DNA from: Octopus vulgaris
Lineage: Eukaryota
Reading direction: 5' to 3'
DNA: 64,000 nt
Assembly: GCA_951406725.2 (NCBI GenBank)
Contig: OX597839.1
Span: 9,362,001-9,426,000 of the forward strand
The notes under the pieces were generated by a model. It saw nothing but the letters and a program-made list of their open reading frames with translations, was not told the DNA's origin and made no database searches. Made by a program: the position numbers and the translations under genes. Below, piece after piece: positions 40,292-53,108 of this stretch; within the stretch, counting starts at the first letter, position 1, and every line of letters begins with the position of its first letter.

Positions 40292-40456
40292 GGTGCAGGA
40301 GTGGCTGTGTGGTAAGTAGCTTGCTTACCAACCACATGGTTCCAGGTTCAGTCCCACTGCGTGGCATCTTGGGCAAGTGTCTTCTGCTATAGCCCCAGGC
40401 CGACCAATGCCTTGTGAGTGGATTTAGTAGACGGAAACTGAAAGAAGCCTGTCGTA

Positions 40457-40501
<45 letters not shown>

Positions 40502-40720
40502 TTGTGTGTCTGTGTTTGTCCCCCTAGCATTGCTTGACAACCGATGCTGGTGTGTTTACGTCCCCATCACTTAGCGGTTCGGCAAAAGAGACCAATAGAA
40601 TAAGTACTGGGCTTACAAAGAATAAGTCCCGGGGTCGATTTGCTCGACTAAAGGCGGTGCTCCAGCATGGCCGCAGTCAAATGACTGAAACAAGTAAAAG
40701 AGTAAAGAGTAAAAGAGAGA
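40292..40720 (+). mobile_element. SINE family A
   Basis: Full copy. Confidence 0.9.
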
Positions 40721-41161
40721 GTATAGTTTTAGTTCTACAAAAATATAGAAAGGTCTCTGGCAAGATATCTGCTCACACTTTCAATCATAGGTCTACATGA
40801 ACAGGACTGGCCCCAGCTAAACAAAAACAACAATAACAAACAAACACATGATCATTTGTGATTAATGTAATCTTAGTTGCACTGTGTCAAAAAAACAAAT
40901 GACAGGATATTTTACACTGAAACACATTTGAATACATAAAAGTCTCCTGTATTACCCGGGGCTAAACAACATCAACTACTAGAAATCATGCATTCACTTT
41001 ATTTTTTCTTACTAATGCAGTCACCATTCCTATCTTCACACATCACACAATATCACATGAACTAATGAGGAAGCTTCAAATGAGTTGTTTCACCTGCTAG
41101 AAATAGCAGCCAAACATTCATCAAATCACACCCTACCATTTAAAAAAGAAGGAAACATTGA

Positions 41162-41389
41162 TTAACCCTTTCGTTACTGTATTTATTTTGAGATGCTCTG
41201 TGTTTCTTTCAATTACTTTAAATAAAACAAAGAATTTAGTAAAATAACTTAGTTATCATTCAGCTAGTCTTAGGAACATAAATTGTGACTAAGGTTTGGT
41301 GGAAGATTTTGATTCAAAACTTATGAAAACAAAACATTTGTACTCAGAGCCAGAGCCAGTTTCAGCCGGATTGGTAATGAAAGGGTTAA
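41162..41389. mobile_element. piggyBac-like MITE E2, intact
   Basis: TTAA-CCCTTTCGTTAC ... GTAATGAAAGGG-TTAA. Confidence 0.9.
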
Positions 41390-42428
41390 TATATCCATAA
41401 ATACACAGTCTGAAACCCAAAAAAAAAAAAAAAAAAAAAAAAACAAGATGGCCATGGCTAGAATTCCTTTCATTGAAGACTTGCTTGATTAGCTCATTCT
41501 AGTACTGAAGAGTATCAACAGCTACCATGGCTTACACATCCACCTTTATGTGTGTATATCAATGTAATTGTCTTTCTTCTTAACATACACCTTACAATAC
41601 CTCTTATATCTAACTGTGTATTCGATTCAGCTGTTGCACTCCAACTTTCACCTCAGTTAATACTGCACACTCAACAGGCCTTATTCAACTAATTTCTCTT
41701 TCAATAGCTGGACATCCACAGCATTACAATGGAGAAACAGAATATAGATTACAGCGGTAATCTTTAAATAATGTTGTCGTCACGTTAAAAACATTAAATG
41801 GTTACACACATAACAGGTTTTAATAGAGTCGAAACAGCAATTGATATTCAATGTTAAATGTTGCAGCAGCTGTGATTTTGAAAGGGTTAAAAGCACAACA
41901 ATTTCATTCTCATTTCTCAGCTCTTATCAAAGGATATAATTAATTCTTATCCTTCTAAGGTCACATAAGATAAAGACACAGCTTCGATATAATTTGCATT
42001 TATGATGGAAGAAATATGATGTGCTAATAGCAACAGCACACAGCTTTCAATTCATTGATAACTCTGTTACACAGTATGTCACCTCTAGTTGTTTCTAACT
42101 TTGTTACCAAGAAAAGAATCACATTTATCTGATTCAGATTATCTCTCAAACTTTTATTTCATGTCCTTTGTCATATTATTTTAGTGAAGTTGTTTTAAGT
42201 TGTTTTATTACGCACAAAAAAAATCCAACAAAACAGAATCTTATTGAATTTCTTTAGTTTGTGATTTGACCTAAGAGCATGCATTGAGAAGTTAAAATAT
42301 ATTGTGGTAGAGTCATTGAAACAATTAAATCAGAAGACAATAATTCACAAGACTCACGGAAAGATGTTGTGGATTCTCTAACTCATGAGGGAATAAACAC
42401 TAACACGACAGTAAATTTAAAATTACAA

Positions 42429-42812
42429 CGGTGGCACATAAAAGCACCGTTCGAGCATGGTCAATGCCAGTCCCACAGGATTGGCTCCCATGCCAGTGGC
42501 ACGTAAAATGCACCATATGAACGTGGTTGATGCCAATGCCACCTGACTGGCTCCAGTGCTGGTGGCACGTAAAAAGCACCATTTGAGCATGGTCAATGCT
42601 AGTACCGCCTGACTAGCCTTCGTTGGTGGTGGCACATAAAAAGCACCCACTACACTCTTGGGGTGATTGGTATTAGGAAAAGCATCCAGCTATAGAAACT
42701 TTGCCAGATCAGATTGGAGCCTGGTATAGCCTTCTGGCTTGCCTGTCCTCAGTCAAACCATCCAACCCATGCCAGCATGGAAAGCAGACCTTAAACGATG
42801 ATGATGACGATG
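42429..42812 (+). mobile_element. Family C retroposon, divergent subfamily
   Basis: Monomers with different spacers but the same body and tail. Confidence 0.8.
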
Positions 42813-43015
42813 ACAACAATGCAGATGAAGAGCAATAGCTTAACTCATTTGTCATGATGACAATAGCAAGTGTGGATGGTGTTGCACATTTGGATGGAAG
42901 TACTATCAAGTGTATTTTTCAATAGGCAGAATATTAATTAGGTGCTGTTTGTTGCTGTAGTTATTTAACTCTAAGGCAATCTTGATTGAGGAAGCCTATA
43001 ATCCAAGTTGTCTGT

Positions 43016-43232
43016 TACAAGGGGTGCTGAAAAGTTCCTGGCTTTAAGGGTACCACAAATGGCCTGGTTGGAGGCCCAACCTTCCTAGTTCTTTCACAGG
43101 GCTTAGAAAAACCGAAGGACAGATGCAATAAGTGTGTGAATCTGAGAGGAGAATATGCTGAATAAAATCAAAAACTGATCCTCTTGTATTTTCTTTTACC
43201 CAAAGCCACAAACTTTTCACTACCTCCTTGTA
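43016..43232 (+). mobile_element. Mariner-derived MITE, complete
   Basis: TA-CAAGGGGTGCTGAAAAGTT ... AACTTTTCACTACCTCCTTG-TA. It retains RCNKCVNLRGEYAE*. Confidence 0.85.
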
Positions 43233-43267
43233 TTCATTAATAGGGTGTTGGGGCTACATTATTAAAC

Positions 43268-43447
43268 TTCTCTCTCTCTTACAGTTCTATATTTAAGAGA
43301 TGAGGACTTATGTACATTATTTACATTCAACGGATATTTGTCCTCATCTTTGTTGTTAACACGTTTCGGCTGATATACCCTCCAGCCTTCTTCAGGTGTC
43401 TTGGGGAAATTTCGAACCTGGATTCTCATTCCTAAGGTATTTTTCGT
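43268..43447 (-). mobile_element. Penelope-like terminal remnant with hammerhead core
   Basis: Minus strand 43399-43358 reads ACAC-CTGAAGA-A-GGCTG(GAGGGTATAT)CAGCC-GAAA-CGTGTT. Confidence 0.65.
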
Positions 43448-43448
43448 A

Positions 43449-43612
43449 TTGGCCTTTGCCTTTCCCTTGGATAACATCAGTGGCATGGAGACGAGAGGCT
43501 GGTAAGCATGGGCAACTGCTGGTCTTTCATAAACAACTTTGCCCGGATTTATGTCTTGGAGGGTAACTTTCTACATGCAATCCCATGGTCATTCATAACC
43601 AAAGAGTGTCTT
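43449..43612 (+). mobile_element. SINE family D, 3' half
   Basis: Family match. Confidence 0.8.
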
Positions 43613-43748
43613 TATCCTTTTTTAGCCAACCCCAAATCAGTCCCAATCAAAAGTATTTTCACCATGGCCATACTGTGTTTTATTTCAGCTGTATAAATAA
43701 AATGACATTATCTAATGAGATCTGATTTTCTGAAGATTCTAGAATATA

Positions 43749-43983
43749 TATTTCTTTACTACCCACAAGAGGCTAAACACAGAGGGGGACAAACAAGGAC
43801 AGTCAAACGGATTAAGTCGATTACATCGACCCCAGTGCGTAACTGGTACTTAATTTAATCGACCCCGAAAGGATGAAAGGCTAAGTCGACATCGGCGGAA
43901 TTTGAACCCAGAACGTAACGGCAGACGAAATACAGCTACGCATTTCGCCCGGCGTGCTAACATTTCTGCCAGCTCGCCGCCCT
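43749..43983 (-). mobile_element. SINE family B
   Basis: 16-bp TSD AAGATTCTAGAATATA. Confidence 0.92.
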
Positions 43984-44364
43984 AAGATTCTAGAATATAA
44001 TTTAAAAGAGATGTAGCTACTTGTTATTATTTCTAGCATATCATGCAACCATTAGAAACCTCCATACTGGCCTCAAATTTTGTAGCATGTTGCAGTTGAG
44101 AAGAGAAGAGATTAAGTGATTTCCAGAATAAAGCACCAGCAGTAGAAACGGAACTGAAAACTCACTGTGATGGTGAACATCCAAGATAGGAAATGAGAAC
44201 AAACAGGCTCTCTTCTACAGTTAATGTTGATTACGAGTAAAATTGAATATTTAATTCTAAAAAAAGTACAGCGCGTCAGGCTGAAAACAAATTAGCCAGT
44301 TTTATCCTACAGTTTTCTGTTCAGTAAATCAAGATCCAAGATAATTACCACATTTCTAAACAAC

Positions 44365-44850
44365 GATGATGGTGGCGGTGGTGGTGATCGTAATAGCAGT
44401 GATGATGGTGGTGGTGGTGGTGGTGGTGATAGTGTGGGAGAGGAAGAGGGGAAGATGAGGAAGAAGAAAAAGAGGAAGAGGAGAAAAGGAGGAGGAAGTG
44501 AAAGTGGAGGCAGAAGAGAAAGTGGGGGAGGAAGAGGAGGAAGAAGAAAAGAAGAAGGGAGGGGGAAATAGGAAGGGAGGAGGAGGAAGTGGAGGAGGAA
44601 GAGGAAGAAAATAGCAAGGGAGGAGGAGGAGGAAGTGGAGGAGGAAAAAAAGGAAGAGAAAGTGGAGGAGGAAGTGGAGGGGAAAAAGTTGAGGAGGGGG
44701 ACGGAATTATGGGAGGAGGAGGAGGAGGAGGAGGGGGAGGAGGACAAGGAAGAAGGAGAAAGAGGAAGAAGAACAGGAAAAAGAGAAAAAGGAGTAATAG
44801 GGGAGAAGAGGAGGAAAATGAGAGAAGTGGAAGGCAGGAGAGAACAATGA
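44365..44850. repeat. (GGT/GAT)n followed by a ~400-bp polypurine (GGA/GAA) low-complexity tract
   Basis: Seen directly. Confidence 0.95.
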
Positions 44851-45534
44851 CTTTAATAATAATAATAATGGCTTTGCCTTTAAATGAAGTCTAATTTTGG
44901 AATTGAAGAAAATTTAGGAATAACCAATTACTTGAAGCAATCTTTGGTAAATATGTCATTAAAAGAAATAATGAGTTTGTTATTTTTTTATTTTTCTGAC
45001 TTTATTTTTAGTTATTTTAGTTAATAATCACTGATTAACAACAAGCTAATTAAAGGTGATTCTTTATAATTAAAACAAAATATTAAAACTTTTTTAAAAA
45101 ATTCATGATGGTGGTAAAATAAAATATATAATTTTTTTTTTTCATGAATATCAGAGCTTCATTAATAAAGAAAATCTTATCTTGATCATTATCCTTTTAT
45201 TTTCATGTGACTATGGGCTATAAATGAATGTGTGAAAACTTTCAACTCAAAGCTATCCAACATCAATCTATCATTGAGACCTAACTTTCTAAAGATTTTA
45301 TCCAACTGCATCCCATGCCACCAGCAACACATCACATCATGAGTTTCCACTTTGAAAATGAATTCAAAATGTAAATAGTTAGTATCAAGAGAAGTGGTTC
45401 TGCTATGGTAATGGTTCTGCGCTGGCGTGCCATGGAGTCTTAAAGATGTAATTTAGGATTTTAGAAAATTCATGTTAATGCTTAAACAAGTTGAGCAATA
45501 TCTTCTTGTACACTATTTATACAGAATTCTATAA

Positions 45535-46265
45535 TTATCTTTTATCTTTTACTTGATCCAGTCATTAGACTGCAGCCATGAAGAATTTTTAGTCAACTGT
45601 ACCAACCCCAGTATTTATTTTTTTATAAGCCTGGTACTTATTCTATCAATTTCTTTTGTCGAACCACTAAGTTACAGGAATGTAAATACACCAACACTGG
45701 TTGTCGGGGGATGGGGACAAATACTGACACAGAGACACATGCATATATATATATAAACAATTGCAGTGTGGAAGGTGTTTATATGCCATTTAAGAAAAAC
45801 ACAAAAACCATTAGATTCACTTCAACATTTAAATTTAATTTGCCAAAATATTTTCATCACTTTGAGACCGCAACCTGTTCACGGTCAAAATTCCGTGCAG
45901 CACAGAATTTTGTCAGTGAACAGATCGTGGTCTCAATGTTGAAGTGGATCTATCAGCTTTTGTGTTTTTCTTAAATGGCTTATAAATACCTTCTATGCTG
46001 CAATTGTTTTCATTCCAGCACACAATCTCAGATCAGGTCACTTGCTATGCTAGTACATCTCCGTAATATATATATATATAAATGTATATATATGTATATA
46101 TATACGACAAGCTTCTTTCAGTTTCTGTCTATCAAATCCACTCACAAGGTTTTGGTCAACCCAGGGCAATAGTAGAAGACACTTATCCAAGATGCCATGC
46201 AACGGGACAGAACCCCAAACCATGTGGTTGGGAAGCAAGCTTCTTACCACACAGCCACACCTGTG
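45535..46265 (-). mobile_element. SINE family A, degenerate, interrupted at its (TA)n
   Basis: A body on both sides of 45757-46063. Confidence 0.8.
45757..46063. mobile_element. Penelope-like foldback, second copy of the 14804-15073 family
   Basis: Hairpin centred near 45899 (GTGCAGCAC). GTGAACAG core on both arms. Confidence 0.75.
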
Positions 46266-47401
46266 CATATTACATTTTTTAACTTTAAAACAGTTTTGCT
46301 TAACTTTTTAAGCAAAATGTGCAAGAAATTCTTTTATCTAATCTCAAGTTTGAGAACCACTAGTTTAGAAATACTACTTTTTGGGGATTCCCTTCCATTA
46401 AAATTATTACACCTGCATCCACACTTTCTTTAGTCACATAACCTCCACATAATTCTTCTTCATTTCAATTGTGTGCTCTGCTGTGCTGTATCTCATGCCA
46501 TCTTTGGACAGGTCCTGTAGCACTGATGTCTTTTCTACTATGACAGATTGTAAGTACCTGACCCATCTCTTCATTTCTTGAGATAGGGAAACTAAGATTG
46601 ATCTCCACACTGCATAAAGTATCCCATTCAGGAAGAGACAGAGTATGAGAGACAGAATCAACACCCACCCTTAACTGATACTTTATTTATTGATCCTATC
46701 AGAATGAATGGCAAAACTGACCTTGGCATGACTCCATACAATACAATCCTGGATTAAACCTCCGATATGAATATATAACTTATATATCTACATATCTACA
46801 TATACCAATCATAAGTACGTGGAAGATTGTACCTCCAAGCAGGCCTTTCACAATACCCTTAAAGCCAGGAACTTTTCAACGCCTCCTCATGTGTATTTTC
46901 TTGTGTGTGTGTGTGTGTATGTGTGCACCAATGTACACATGTGCGTACATAGGTATGTATGTCTGTATGTATGCATTTGCTTATTTCTCCTTACGAAAGA
47001 TTATCCTTCTTAACAATGTGCTTATGAAAGTGTCTTCTCTATATCCTCTCTCTCTCTCTCTCTCTCACTCTCCCTTTTCTATATGTTTATTATTTAACCA
47101 TATACTTATTTTTACATATTTAACTTTTTATTTGTTCATTTATTCATTAGTTAAATTCTATTTCTACTTCATTTAATCAATTATAAACTATTGACACATT
47201 ATCCCACACACCTTGGGAGTATACAGCATTTATTAGCTTTTAATCCTCAAATCAGCCTACACAGTTGAAGTTAGGCATTAATCTGGTCAAATTATTAGCC
47301 TACACTTAGTATAAATATAGTCACATTATCCTCTACTAGTAATATTGTTATTATTATTATGGTTTTAATATTTTATTACTAATATTATTTATATCATTAT
47401 T

Positions 47402-47850
47402 AGGTCAGCAAGCTGGCAGAATCATTAGCACACCTGTAAAAATGCTTAATGGCATTTTTTTTCTAGCTTCACATTCTGATTTCAAATCCTGCTGAGATCA
47501 ACTTTGATTTTTATCCTTGATAATAAGTACCTATTTCTTTACTACCCACAAGGGGCTAAACATAGAGGGGACAAACAAGGACAGACAATCGGATTAAGTC
47601 GATAACATCGACCCCAGTGCGTAACTGGTACTTAATTTATCAACCCCGAAAGGATGAACGGCAAAGTCGACCTCGGCGGAATTTGAACTCAGAACGAAAC
47701 GCAGACGAAATACAGCTACACATTTCGCCCGGCGTGCTAACAATTCTGCCAGCTCGCCGCCTTGATAATAAGTACCAGTTATGCCCTGGAGTCAATGTAA
47801 TCAACTAGCCCCTTTCCTCAAAATTTCAGGCTTTGTGCCCTTAATAGAAA
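47402..47850. mobile_element. Old SINE B-related copy (+) with nested young SINE B (47532-47761, -)
   Basis: TSD TTGATAATAAGTACC (47517-47531, 47762-47776). Confidence 0.85.
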
Positions 47851-48950
47851 AAAATTATAAATATTATTATTTGTCTTACTGTTGCTATTTTGTCTTATTT
47901 TGTCTTATTATTGCATGTGTTGATACCCCAGCTATTATTCATGATAATAATACCATGTTCATCATCCTCATAATATTATTGATATGGTGGACCCATTTGA
48001 AAGGGCTAAGGTCAGACACTTTCCTCTTTGGCCAAGGCCTCATCAACTTTTTCAAGTTTCACTTGAAAAGGAAGATGAGAGTAGAGAGGGAAGTGCTGTC
48101 TGGTAGCAAGTTTATTGAAAGGTGGGTGAATGTAATGCAAGCAGTGTCCTTCATTTCAAATATTCTACGAAAACATGTCTGGTCACAGGGAAATATTACT
48201 TTACCTGGAAACAAATGAGGTACATGGCCATGATAAATCTGCCTCAGCAAGTTCTGTCTAAGCCATGCAAGCATGGAAAAGTGAACGAGCAGGAGGAGGA
48301 GGAGGAGGAGATGATGATAAAGTAATCAAATTTGCTACAGATGTAAAATGCAGAAACAAGAGTAGAAGAGGTGAAAAATGGATTAAAATTATAGATTTCT
48401 AAATGCTGCAAATGAGGAATAGAGAAATTCATTTAAAAAAAAAAAAGAATTATTTCAATGAATTCCATAGAGAAATTTCACTAAATTCCACTCAAACCTT
48501 GATTAGTTGGATATTTTTCACATTCAATTATACCAAAAAAAATATTAATAATTGAAGAGTATTTTATTTCTTTATTTCTTATAATTTTTGTGTTTTTTTT
48601 TTCCATTCAGGGAGTGCTGTAATATAATGGTCTGCTTAGTACAGTTTGATAAATTTGCGATAAAGCTTTAATTGTCGCAGGGGGTGCGGTGGATGCTATG
48701 GAAGGGAAAGAAGAGAAAATTTACTGCTACTTCATATCTCAATATATGCTTCCTTGCTCCCCCATCAACCTGTGTAAATCTTCAGACCCCACCTCTGCAA
48801 ATCACTCCAATACCCATGTCTTCCCACTGTGCAACATCGTATTTATGTTTCATACAGTCATCCTCATCCTTTTGGATGTACAGGTAGCTCCACCGCTTCT
48901 TTACTCAAGCTACCATACTTTTGCATGCAGCCATTCACCACCTCCAACAA

Positions 48951-49526
48951 TCATCATCATCATCATCATCATCGTTTAGCGTCCGCTTTCCATGCTAGCA
49001 TGGGTTGGACGGTTCAACTGGGGTCTGGGAAGCCAGAAGGCTGCACCAGGCCCAGTCTGATCTGGCAATGTTTCTACGGCTGGATGCCCTTCCTAATGCC
49101 ATCCACTCCATGAGTGTAGTGGGTGCTTTTTACGTGCCACCAGCACAGGTGCCAGACGAGGCTGGCAAACGGCCACGATTGGATTGGTGCTTTTTATGTG
49201 CCACTGGCACGGGGGCCAGGCAAGGCTGGCAACGGCCACGATCGGATGGTACTTTTTACGTGCCACCGGCACGGAGGCCAGGCGAGGCTGGCAAATGGCC
49301 ATGATTGGATTGGTGCTTTTTATGTGCCACCGGCACGGAGGCCAGGTGAGGCTGGCAACGGCCACGATCGGATGGTACTTTTTACGTGCCACCGGCACGG
49401 AGGCCAGGCGAGGCTGGCAAATGGCCATGATTGGATTGGTGCTTTTTATGTGCCACCGGCACGGAGGCCAGGTGAGGCTGGCAACGGCCACGATCAGATG
49501 GTGCTTTTTACGTGCCACCAGCACGG
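48951..49526 (-). mobile_element. Family C retroposon with 7 monomer motifs (126-bp dimer periodicity)
   Basis: (CAT)n tail on the plus strand and alternating monomers. Confidence 0.9.
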
Positions 49527-49854
49527 AAATTGATCATAACAATCAGGTGATGGATACTAACAAATGAAAAAGAGCTTCTATGTGATCAATCAGCTTGTTA
49601 GAAATATCAGCCAAATCTCCCTCAAATCACACACTATCATCTTAAACATTGCACATTGGAAAATGTAGTCTAAGATACACTATTTGAATAAAAGACATGG
49701 TGCCACTCATCACAGCAACAACATACCACTAACTCTCTTAAGAACAGTTTTGTATGGTAGTTGTATATCTCATGAGATTGAAACTAGATACACATAAAAT
49801 ACTTTGTGATATGATATAGACAGACATTGTGAAATATTTCATATAAAACTACAG

Positions 49855-50114
49855 AGTAAAGTAGTAAAGTTCCTTCCCGAGTCATACAGACTCATAGGGG
49901 CAGCTTCCTGGTTTCCATGGCGTATATATTCCCCACCTGGATCAGATGCCAGTCCATCGCAGGATTACTCATTTTTGCCAGCTGAGTGAACTAGAGTAAC
50001 ATGAAATGAAGTGTGTTGCTCAAGAACACTAGGTGTTACCCAGTTCAGGAATTGAAACAACAATCTTACAAACATGAGTCCTACACCCAAGACCACTAAC
50101 CCATGTACTTCCAC
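49855..50114 (-). mobile_element. CORE-type SINE related to family J
   Basis: Same head, core and CTGCGATGGACTGG domain. ATAAAACTA is duplicated in the flanks. Confidence 0.75.
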
Positions 50115-50189
50115 ATAAAACTATATACACATTGTAAAAACATCTCTTAATATGAAACTATAAATATATGTGTGTGTGTGTGTGTGTAT

Positions 50190-50340
50190 CTCTCCTTTTT
50201 TTTTCTCTCCTTGTTTTTTCTGTGTCCCTTTCTGTAGAAGAGCGTAGGCTCGAAACATAAAAGACTTTTTCTATTCCTGAGCGTTATACTAATACATCTG
50301 TTTGTTTTGTACACCACCTGTCTTCGTCTTTGTTTTTTTA
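50190..50340 (+). mobile_element. Penelope-like family F remnant with U6 hammerhead-like motif
   Basis: CTTT-CTGTAGA-A-GAGC(GTAG)GCTC-GAAA-CATA-AAAG. Copies lie at 54122-54312 and 57513-57713. Confidence 0.65.
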
Positions 50341-50579
50341 GAATCCCAAATCTACCAATGAAATCACCGAAATATGACCGAGACAACAGTAGGTGAGCAA
50401 ACGGTTAAGGTATTAAACAATTAAAAACATACCATTAAAGACTGTCATTCGGATATTCATGTACCACAATTTCGGGTTCTGGCCCCCAGGCCTCAACCTT
50501 CATCAGCATATATTTTTAAACAGGTTGATGCCTTGTGTGTCCTTAAGCTTTAATGTTTATGTATAGCTACATAATGCTA

Positions 50580-50807
50580 TTAACCCTTTCATTACCAACC
50601 TGGCTGAAACCAGCTCTGGCTCTGAGTACAAATGTCTTGTTTTCATAAGTTTTGAATTAAAATCTTCCACCAAACCTTTGTTACAATTTATGTCCCTAAC
50701 ACTAGCTGAATGATAAGTAATTTATTTTACTAAATTCTTTGTTATATTTAAAGTAATTGAAAGAAACAAAGAGCATCTCAAAATAAATACAGTAACGAAA
50801 GGGTTAA
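50580..50807. mobile_element. piggyBac-like MITE E2
   Basis: TTAA duplicated. The paralogous empty site has a single TTAA at 51281-51284. Confidence 0.92.
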
Positions 50808-51019
50808 AAAACCTGTGAACCACCTATATTATCATTGTTATTATCAATTACTTATATTCACCACAGATACTATTAACAATGATAATATCTTTCTTCAAGT
50901 GTTTACATTCAAATTTTACTCATAAATATACTTACACCAGAACAAGCTGATTTTGGCGCAAAACAAGTCAGAACACTGATGGATGTTTAACATAACAGAT
51001 TTAGAATTTTTCATCGGTG

Positions 51020-51078
51020 ATTCATGCTGACGAAAGTTGAGGCCCAAGGGCCAGAACCCAAAACCATGGTACATGAAT
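51020..51078 (+). ncRNA. Minimal type I hammerhead motif (G12 mutated in this copy)
   Basis: ATTCATG-CTGACGA-A-stem II-AAAA-CCATGG-TA-CATGAAT. The inverted copy at 50455-50509 has intact CTGATGA and GAAA. Confidence 0.7.
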
Positions 51079-51401
51079 ATCCGAATGACATAATCTTTAA
51101 TGGTATATTTTTAATTGCTTAATTCTTTAATCATTTGCTCGCTAACTGTTGTCACTCATATTTCGGTGATTTCAGTTGTAGATTTGGGATTTTGACTCCT
51201 ATTTCTAAACAGGTTGATGCCTCGTGCATCCTTGAGCTTAGTGCTAATTTTTAATGTTAATATATAGCTATATAATGCTATTAAAAAAAAATTATGAACC
51301 ACCTATATTACCATTGTTATTATCAATTACTTATATTCACAACAGATACTATTAACAATGATAATATTTTTTTTCGAGTGTTTAGATTCAAATTTTACTC
51401 C

Positions 51402-51439
<38 letters not shown>

Positions 51440-51441
<2 letters not shown>

Positions 51442-51690
51442 TTGTAAAACTATTTCTTGATATGAAACTATAAACATTGTAAGGTATCTGCAGATATAAA
51501 GCTATATGAAGAGTGTAAAATATTCTATTGTATGAAACTATATAGATATTGTAAAATATCTCTTGATATTAAACTATAGAAAGTGCAAAATATTTCATAT
51601 TAACTATAAAAATAGTAAAAGTATCTAATATGAATATATAAATATTATAAGATATTTTCTAAGTTTTAAAAAATATACATTATAAAATTC
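51440..51690. repeat. Degenerate ~38-bp AT-rich tandem repeat
   Basis: Recurrent ATTGTAAAA...ATATGAAACTATA. Related units occur at 49825-49850 and 50130-50165. Confidence 0.6.
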
Positions 51691-51890
51691 ATAGTAGAGA
51701 TTTCCGGTCTCAATGAGTAGAAGACTTCAACTTCTCATTCAACACAGTGCAGTCAATTTTTCAACAGCTTTGTGTCAATTATCCTTCATACATGAAAGGC
51801 TCCTGAAAGAAGCTTCCATCTGCTAAAAACAGTGGTAAAATCTCTTTATAATAATATAACCCTTTTGCCACAATATTTCTGTCAACATAT

Positions 51891-52126
51891 ACTCTTTACT
51901 CTTTTACTTGTTTCAGTCATTTGACTGCGGCCATGCTGGAGCACCGCCTTTAATCGAGCAACTCGACCCCGGGACTTATTCTTTTATAAGCCCAGTACTT
52001 ATTCTATCAGTCTCTTTTGCCGAACCGCTAAGTTACGGGGACATAAACACACCAGCATCGGTTGTCAAGCAATGCTAGGGGGACAAACACAGACACACAA
52101 ACACACACACGCATATATATATATAT

Positions 52127-52185
<59 letters not shown>

Positions 52186-52300
52186 TACAACGGGCTTCTT
52201 TCAGTTTCCGTCTACCAAATCCACTCACAAGGCAGTGGGACTGAACCCGGAATCATATGGTTGGTAAACAAGCTACTTACCACACAGCCACTCCTGCGCC
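51891..52300 (-). mobile_element. SINE family A inside a degenerate piggyBac-like MITE (about 51857-52497)
   Basis: Family match with an internal deletion. Confidence 0.85.
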
Positions 52301-52891
52301 TATGTTGCCTTTGTTGTAATTAATTTTTTAAATAATAAAGAATTTTAAAAAATAACTATCATGTTATTAAACTGGGGTCTGGAACGAATTAGTATAAAAT
52401 TTTGATGAAAAATTATAATTTAAAACACTTTAAAACAGTAACTTTATGTTATAGAACCTGGGAGCTGTCTCAAGTGGGTAGGTATCAAAAGGATTAAAAC
52501 TGGAATGGATATATTGGTTAATCTTTTCTACTCTAGGCACAAAGCCTGAAATTTTGGGGGAGAGGGCCAGTCAATTAGATCGACCCCAGTAGGCAACTGG
52601 TAATTAATTTATCGACCTCGAAAGGATAAAAGGTAAAGTTGACCTTGGTGGAATTTGAACTCAGAATGTAAAGACATGAAATATTGCTAAGCATTTCTCC
52701 CAGCATTTCTATCTCCAGTTCGCCACCTTGACATATTGGTCAATAGACATACAGTCTGGTAGTTCTGACTAAGCTATAAAAAAGATAACAGAAATGGGTG
52801 AGGGTTAAGTAAAATAAGAGCAAGCTACTAAAAGGATTAAGTGTCTACAGGTCAATGTGGAGAGTAACACACTTCTAAAAGCTGCTCTCCT

Positions 52892-53101
52892 TGACTGGTT
52901 TCCGTGCCGGTGGCACGTAAAAAGCACCCACTACACTCACGGAGTGGTTGGCGTTAGGAAGGGCATCCAGCTGTAGAAACACTGCCAGATCAGACTGGAG
53001 CCTGGTGCAGCCTTCTGGCTTCCCAGATCCCCGGTCGAACCGTCCAACCCATGCTAGCATGGAGAACGGACGTTAAACGATGATGATGATGATGATGATG
53101 A
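52892..53101 (+). mobile_element. Family C retroposon with a single monomer
   Basis: One CGTGCCGGTGGCACGTAAAAAGCACC motif, body and (GAT)n. Confidence 0.88.
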
Positions 53102-53108
53102 GTTCAAG

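Larger units (their letters stand above)
50342..51401. mobile_element. Penelope-like element remnant with inverted and direct terminal repeats and two hammerhead motifs
   Basis: 50342-50509 is the reverse complement of 51024-51191. 50515-50921 is a direct repeat of 51205-51400. The element ends in (TA)n. Confidence 0.75.

Noticed and set aside
44307-44894. Glu/Gly/Ser-rich ORFs
   Set aside because: Low-complexity polypurine tract with no domain or splice support.
46434-46664. 76-aa minus-strand ORF as a coding exon
   Set aside because: No recognisable homology and only weak splice signals. It cannot be excluded without RNA-seq.
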